From contig ADNK01001512.1 of NCBI GenBank assembly GCA_000320545.1, forward strand, positions 7,376 to 71,375: DNA of 64,000 bases, given 5' to 3'. The position numbers and the translations under genes are program-made. This DNA comes from Bigelowiella natans CCMP2755. Taxonomy: Eukaryota > Protista > Cercozoa. This document shows positions 59,870 through 64,000 of the stretch, piece by piece (the first letter of the stretch is position 1; each line of letters begins with the position of its first letter). The notes under the pieces are model-generated. The model did no database searches, was not told where the DNA came from, and saw only the letters and a program-made list of their open reading frames with translations.

Positions 59870-60720
59870 CGCTACGGTACAGAACACCTGTGTTTTTTTC
59901 TTGCGAACCTTCAACCCATCTTGTGCCCTTGATGCAGTTCTCATCATGTTCATTGTTCATTGACGTTCCAATTCATGGACTGTGCACATGCACTGGAAAT
60001 GTCTTGCATCATCATTGTTCATTGTGCATTGTTCATTGTGATGCGTGCTCCAATCAGTCCTTCCTAACAAGCCAAGCTAGATCTAGTTCGAGGCACTGCA
60101 TTTCGCACTTTCCAAGTGTCTTGCAACGTTTTGAAAGTGTGGTCCATCACCAAGTTCTTTCTTCACACTGTGTCCATTGTTTCTTTCACGTGTAACGGCA
60201 CCCTCAATGCACATCCGCTTTTGGAAGTCATTCATACAGTCTAGCAGTCAGTTGCAGAGTTGTCCAGCCGGTCCGCGCAGCAGCGCGTGCTTGTTGTTGT
60301 CTCGCACAGCTAGCTAGCTAGACAGCGCGGTGTGCACGCAGTGTTGCGAGATTCAAACTTTTGCGTGCAGCTTGCTAGCTCTAGAGCCTTGCTTGCGCCT
60401 CTGTGTCTTTGCGATGCAGATGAATGCTACCTGTTCACACCACGCTAGCACGGCGTGGCAACGCATTGCAATGCTAGAATGGTTGGGTTCATGTTTTCAC
60501 GCACGGGCACTCTAGCACTGCAGAATGCACTGGCTAGCTAGGTAGTGCATGCTGGCACATCTAGATGCTCTGCGAAAATGTGAAAAACGATACATGATGT
60601 TACTGTGTCCATCACAACGGCGGTGCGCGCGGGCGACAGCGCCATGCAGCATTGTGGACACACGATGTGATTCTTCTCATCAGTTGTGATTGAAGTGTGC
60701 ACCTAGATCTAGAGATAGGC
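59870..60720. repeat. TpA-depleted, CTAG-rich repeat island
   Basis: 60084-60145 is paralogous to 6037-6095. (CTAG)n at ~60310 and ~60534. Confidence 0.8.
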
Positions 60721-60880
60721 AGCACTTACTACACGTACTATTACTCACGCGAGTTCTGCTGATGCTACAGTATACATCGAGCCAACAACCGCAATCATCA
60801 TTGCAGCGCATTCCACACGTGCCCAGTAAATTCAACATCATCATCATTATCATATCATCATCATCTCATCATCATCATCA

Positions 60881-61685
60881 TCATTTTGGGGAGCCAAAAC
60901 CACCACCCGAATCCGATGCCGACGATTTTTTCTTGTTCGCCTTCTTCAATGCTTTTAAACTGGGTCTCTGTGCAACGATATCAATAGCACAAAAAGGGTA
61001 ATGGTTTTCACATCAAATTCGGTATTTTTTCCAATATTCATTTATTATTGGGTCATATGCTGAAATTGTGATCGATGTTATTATGGTTGCCTTCTCTTTC
61101 TCCTTAACGCGCTCCCTATCAGCATTTTTTTGCTCCTTCTGCATGCTCCTAACCGCTGGATGTTGAACAAATCTGCCGCCGATAGCACAATTAAATCAGC
61201 AAATCATATGAGCAACACAGTTTGCTCTCTTCTATCTCTTACTCCTACATCATCGTCGTCGTCATCATCATCATCATCATCATCATCATCACTGTCAAAC
61301 AACTTTGTGCCGCTGTCCTTTTGCATTTGCTTCATCCGCTCAAGCCGTGCTGTTACCCACGTCTCAAACACCTGCAAAAGCAATACAGGAAGAGGAGGAG
61401 GAAGAGGAATGGAAATATTATTAATTATGAATGCCACTGCTTTTCCCACACGATTAGAAACCGTAGTGGGCAGTATCAATGCTGATAGTATATAATATTG
61501 CATCATATTTCAGATAATGATTTCTCTTTCCAATAAAAGAACAGAATGTAATCATGTTGAGGTAGTATCGGTTGGGGAGAATCAAAACACTTTTGTTCGT
61601 GCATTGCACGACCATTCGAGACTGCTCAGTCTTTCCTTCTTGAGGTGGCTCATCGGTGTAAATCATCCTGAAAGAGACATAATAT

Positions 61686-61747
<62 letters not shown>

Positions 61748-62620
61748 TAAATATGTCGTGCCTTTCTGTTGTGTGATATTTTCCCCTCCCTTTTGGATTC
61801 CCATTTGTCTTCCTCCTCCTCCCCCTTCTCCTCATGTTTACTAATCTCCCTACCTTGAATCTGGAAGACTGTTTCTATATGCTGGAAACGTTACTATTGC
61901 GTCACCCTGCATGTGAAGTTAGTAAATACATGGTGTGAATCAAAGCTGACTGACACCATCATTTTTGCGGACGAGGAACAGTAGAAAACTTCGATTTTGA
62001 GAGATCTTTCCTCATTCTTCTTCTGCTCTTCCTCCTCCTTCTCTCTTTCTCCTCCTCCTCCTCCTCCTCCCACTTGAGAATATCTATCAATATCTCGTAC
62101 GTAGCTCTCACCTTCGTCACAGATGCGTGTATTTGAAGACCGTTGTAGTATGTTCTGCCCCCAACTGGAATATAGGAAAGATGAATAGGAGGAGGAGGAG
62201 GAGGAGGAGGAGGAGGAGGAGCAGGGTTTAGATCGTGATGATAAGTTATGTACGAACAAAATGTTGTTGTCGTCCAATGGCTGAAGCAGGATTATAATGA
62301 TGCTTATGGTTGGACCCCTCATCACTACCTTCAGGAGGTTCGTTCAAGTCTCGAGAAAGCTCTATGCGTATCTTTGCACGCCTTTGGTAGCTGAAGCAGC
62401 GCCACCAAATAATGAATGAGTGAATCAACGAACGAATACGTATAAAATGATAATGAGGAGCTTCAGTCAGATGGTATGCTTATTGTTGAAAATGGCGAAG
62501 TATTGCTGCTGCTACTGCTACGTAGTTTTGAATCACTACTCATTTCTTTCTGTGTTTGCTCCGCTGTGGCTACCAGGGTCGAGAAAAGATAACGAATGGA
62601 AGTTGTTGCATCGATAAGGA

Positions 62621-62663
<43 letters not shown>

Positions 62664-63866
62664 CGCGTGCACGACAGTCTTTCACAATTGTTGTTGTCAT
62701 GATACTTATACCCTAACTAACCTATTATCAAACGCCTCATTAAGGGGGAGAGCATCTTCAAGGCGAGCCCCATTTTCCGCTGTGGAAGGCCATACGGATG
62801 ATGATGATGATGACGATGACGAAGGAGCAGCAGGAGGAAATGTGAGAACCTATAATTAGGATGATATGAGAATCCGCGCTTTTCATTGATGAGCGACCTC
62901 GTGAAGGAGTGAGTTGACGATGACATCAATAGTATGATGGATGGTATTAAATGGGGGGGAAATAAGTATATCACAATCATGGATTCATGCTCCTACCCTT
63001 GCCTGCTCAAACGAGAGAGTTTTCGTTGTCTGTGGGCGGTTGAGGAGGCTCTTTTCCCATTGCTGGGTAGTAGCAGTAGGAGTAGCAGCATCAGGAAGTG
63101 AAGGAGGAGCATCAATCACCCTATGCTCTAAATAAACCCATACTACCCTCTCTCCATCGCTACTGCTATCACTGCTACATAATACGTAGAAAGGCACACG
63201 ACAACAACAACATTTCCCCCATGATTGCAATCGGGTTTCACATGTAAAGATAGTAAGCTAGTAGGCTACTATGTACATGGAAGTGCTGCAAAATAATAAC
63301 ACGATGTGAGACATACAATCTAACGAGGAAACGATCCCAACCCGCATTAGTATCAAACAAGTGCACACTATATGGAAATGTAACTCATCGATTCCCTAAC
63401 CCCCCCCAGCACATACCTGTGTGAAGGGGAAGAGATTCTTGATCTTATTGAGTATACCCTTTGCACCCTCCTCAGGCAACACTGTCTCGTACCGGTCATT
63501 AGCCTCCTTATATACGATGAATTTATCAATATTAAAAGAACAGAATACACAAATGTACCAGTGAGAGTGCGTTATGCACGAATCTTTAAAGGCGCACTCA
63601 CGCCTCGCTCACAATAATATCATCAATCATATCGCCCAATACCAGCACTTGGCCACTGTCAGCCCCGCGTTTTGAATCCGCGATAAGAGCATCACATTCT
63701 GTCGAGGTCAAGAAGCCTGATAGCATGGCGTCCATCAATATGTATCTTGACCATGATCAAAAAGCCGTAATATGCTACATGCATGATGTGGAGATTATTT
63801 ATTCTCAAAGCTGCTTCTACCAGGTATTTTTATCACAGGTGGCTCGACATTCAGAAGCCTCAATTC
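60881..63866 (-). CDS. Prolyl-4-hydroxylase-like 2OG-Fe(II) oxygenase fold with degenerate metal ligands; 5'-partial
   Basis: LLNVEPPVIKIP|GFLTSTECDALI, SFEQAR, RLEDALP..YQRRAK, GGRTYY..VTK|GDAIVTFPA..PDSR|MIYTDEP, acidic tract, C-terminus KKKSS..GGGFGSPK*. Confidence 0.7.
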
Positions 63867-64000
63867 CTGCGAATATATGTACAAGTTACTACATTTACCC
63901 CCCCCCCCCCCCCCCCCAAAAAAACACAAATAAAGTTTCCGGCTTAATATTAAAAACCCCTACCCCCCTTTTCCTCCTGGACAAAAATGGTTTTAATGGT

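Overview
Intron-rich eukaryotic nuclear DNA. Bipartite signal+transit leaders and GC-AG introns suggest a secondary-plastid alga such as a chlorarachniophyte (inference only). I assembled about 12 spliced genes by eye: sphingosine kinase, an NmrA-like SDR, a possible SAM-domain protein, a divergent E2, a signal-peptide aldo-keto reductase, a two-pore channel, a C2H2 zinc-finger protein, an RVxF protein, eIF5B with a long leader/ZnF/PDZ-like upstream region, tocopherol cyclase, a tandem-PH protein and a degenerate prolyl-4-hydroxylase-like protein. There is also a complete 3.0-kb non-autonomous LTR retroelement (CCCH-Gag + protease, 5-bp TSD). The dominant signal is a set of intergenic repeat islands in which TpA is almost erased. 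Across about 4.7 kb (5335-10050) every TA I can find lies inside CTAG. The 753-aa Gag-PR ORF has zero Tyr, with His/Cys at expected Tyr positions, and paralogous repeat copies show TA, TG and CA at the same site. This looks like a repeat-targeted A>G/T>C hypermutation process, the reverse of fungal RIP, that spares CTAG. All counts and exon boundaries are manual and approximate.
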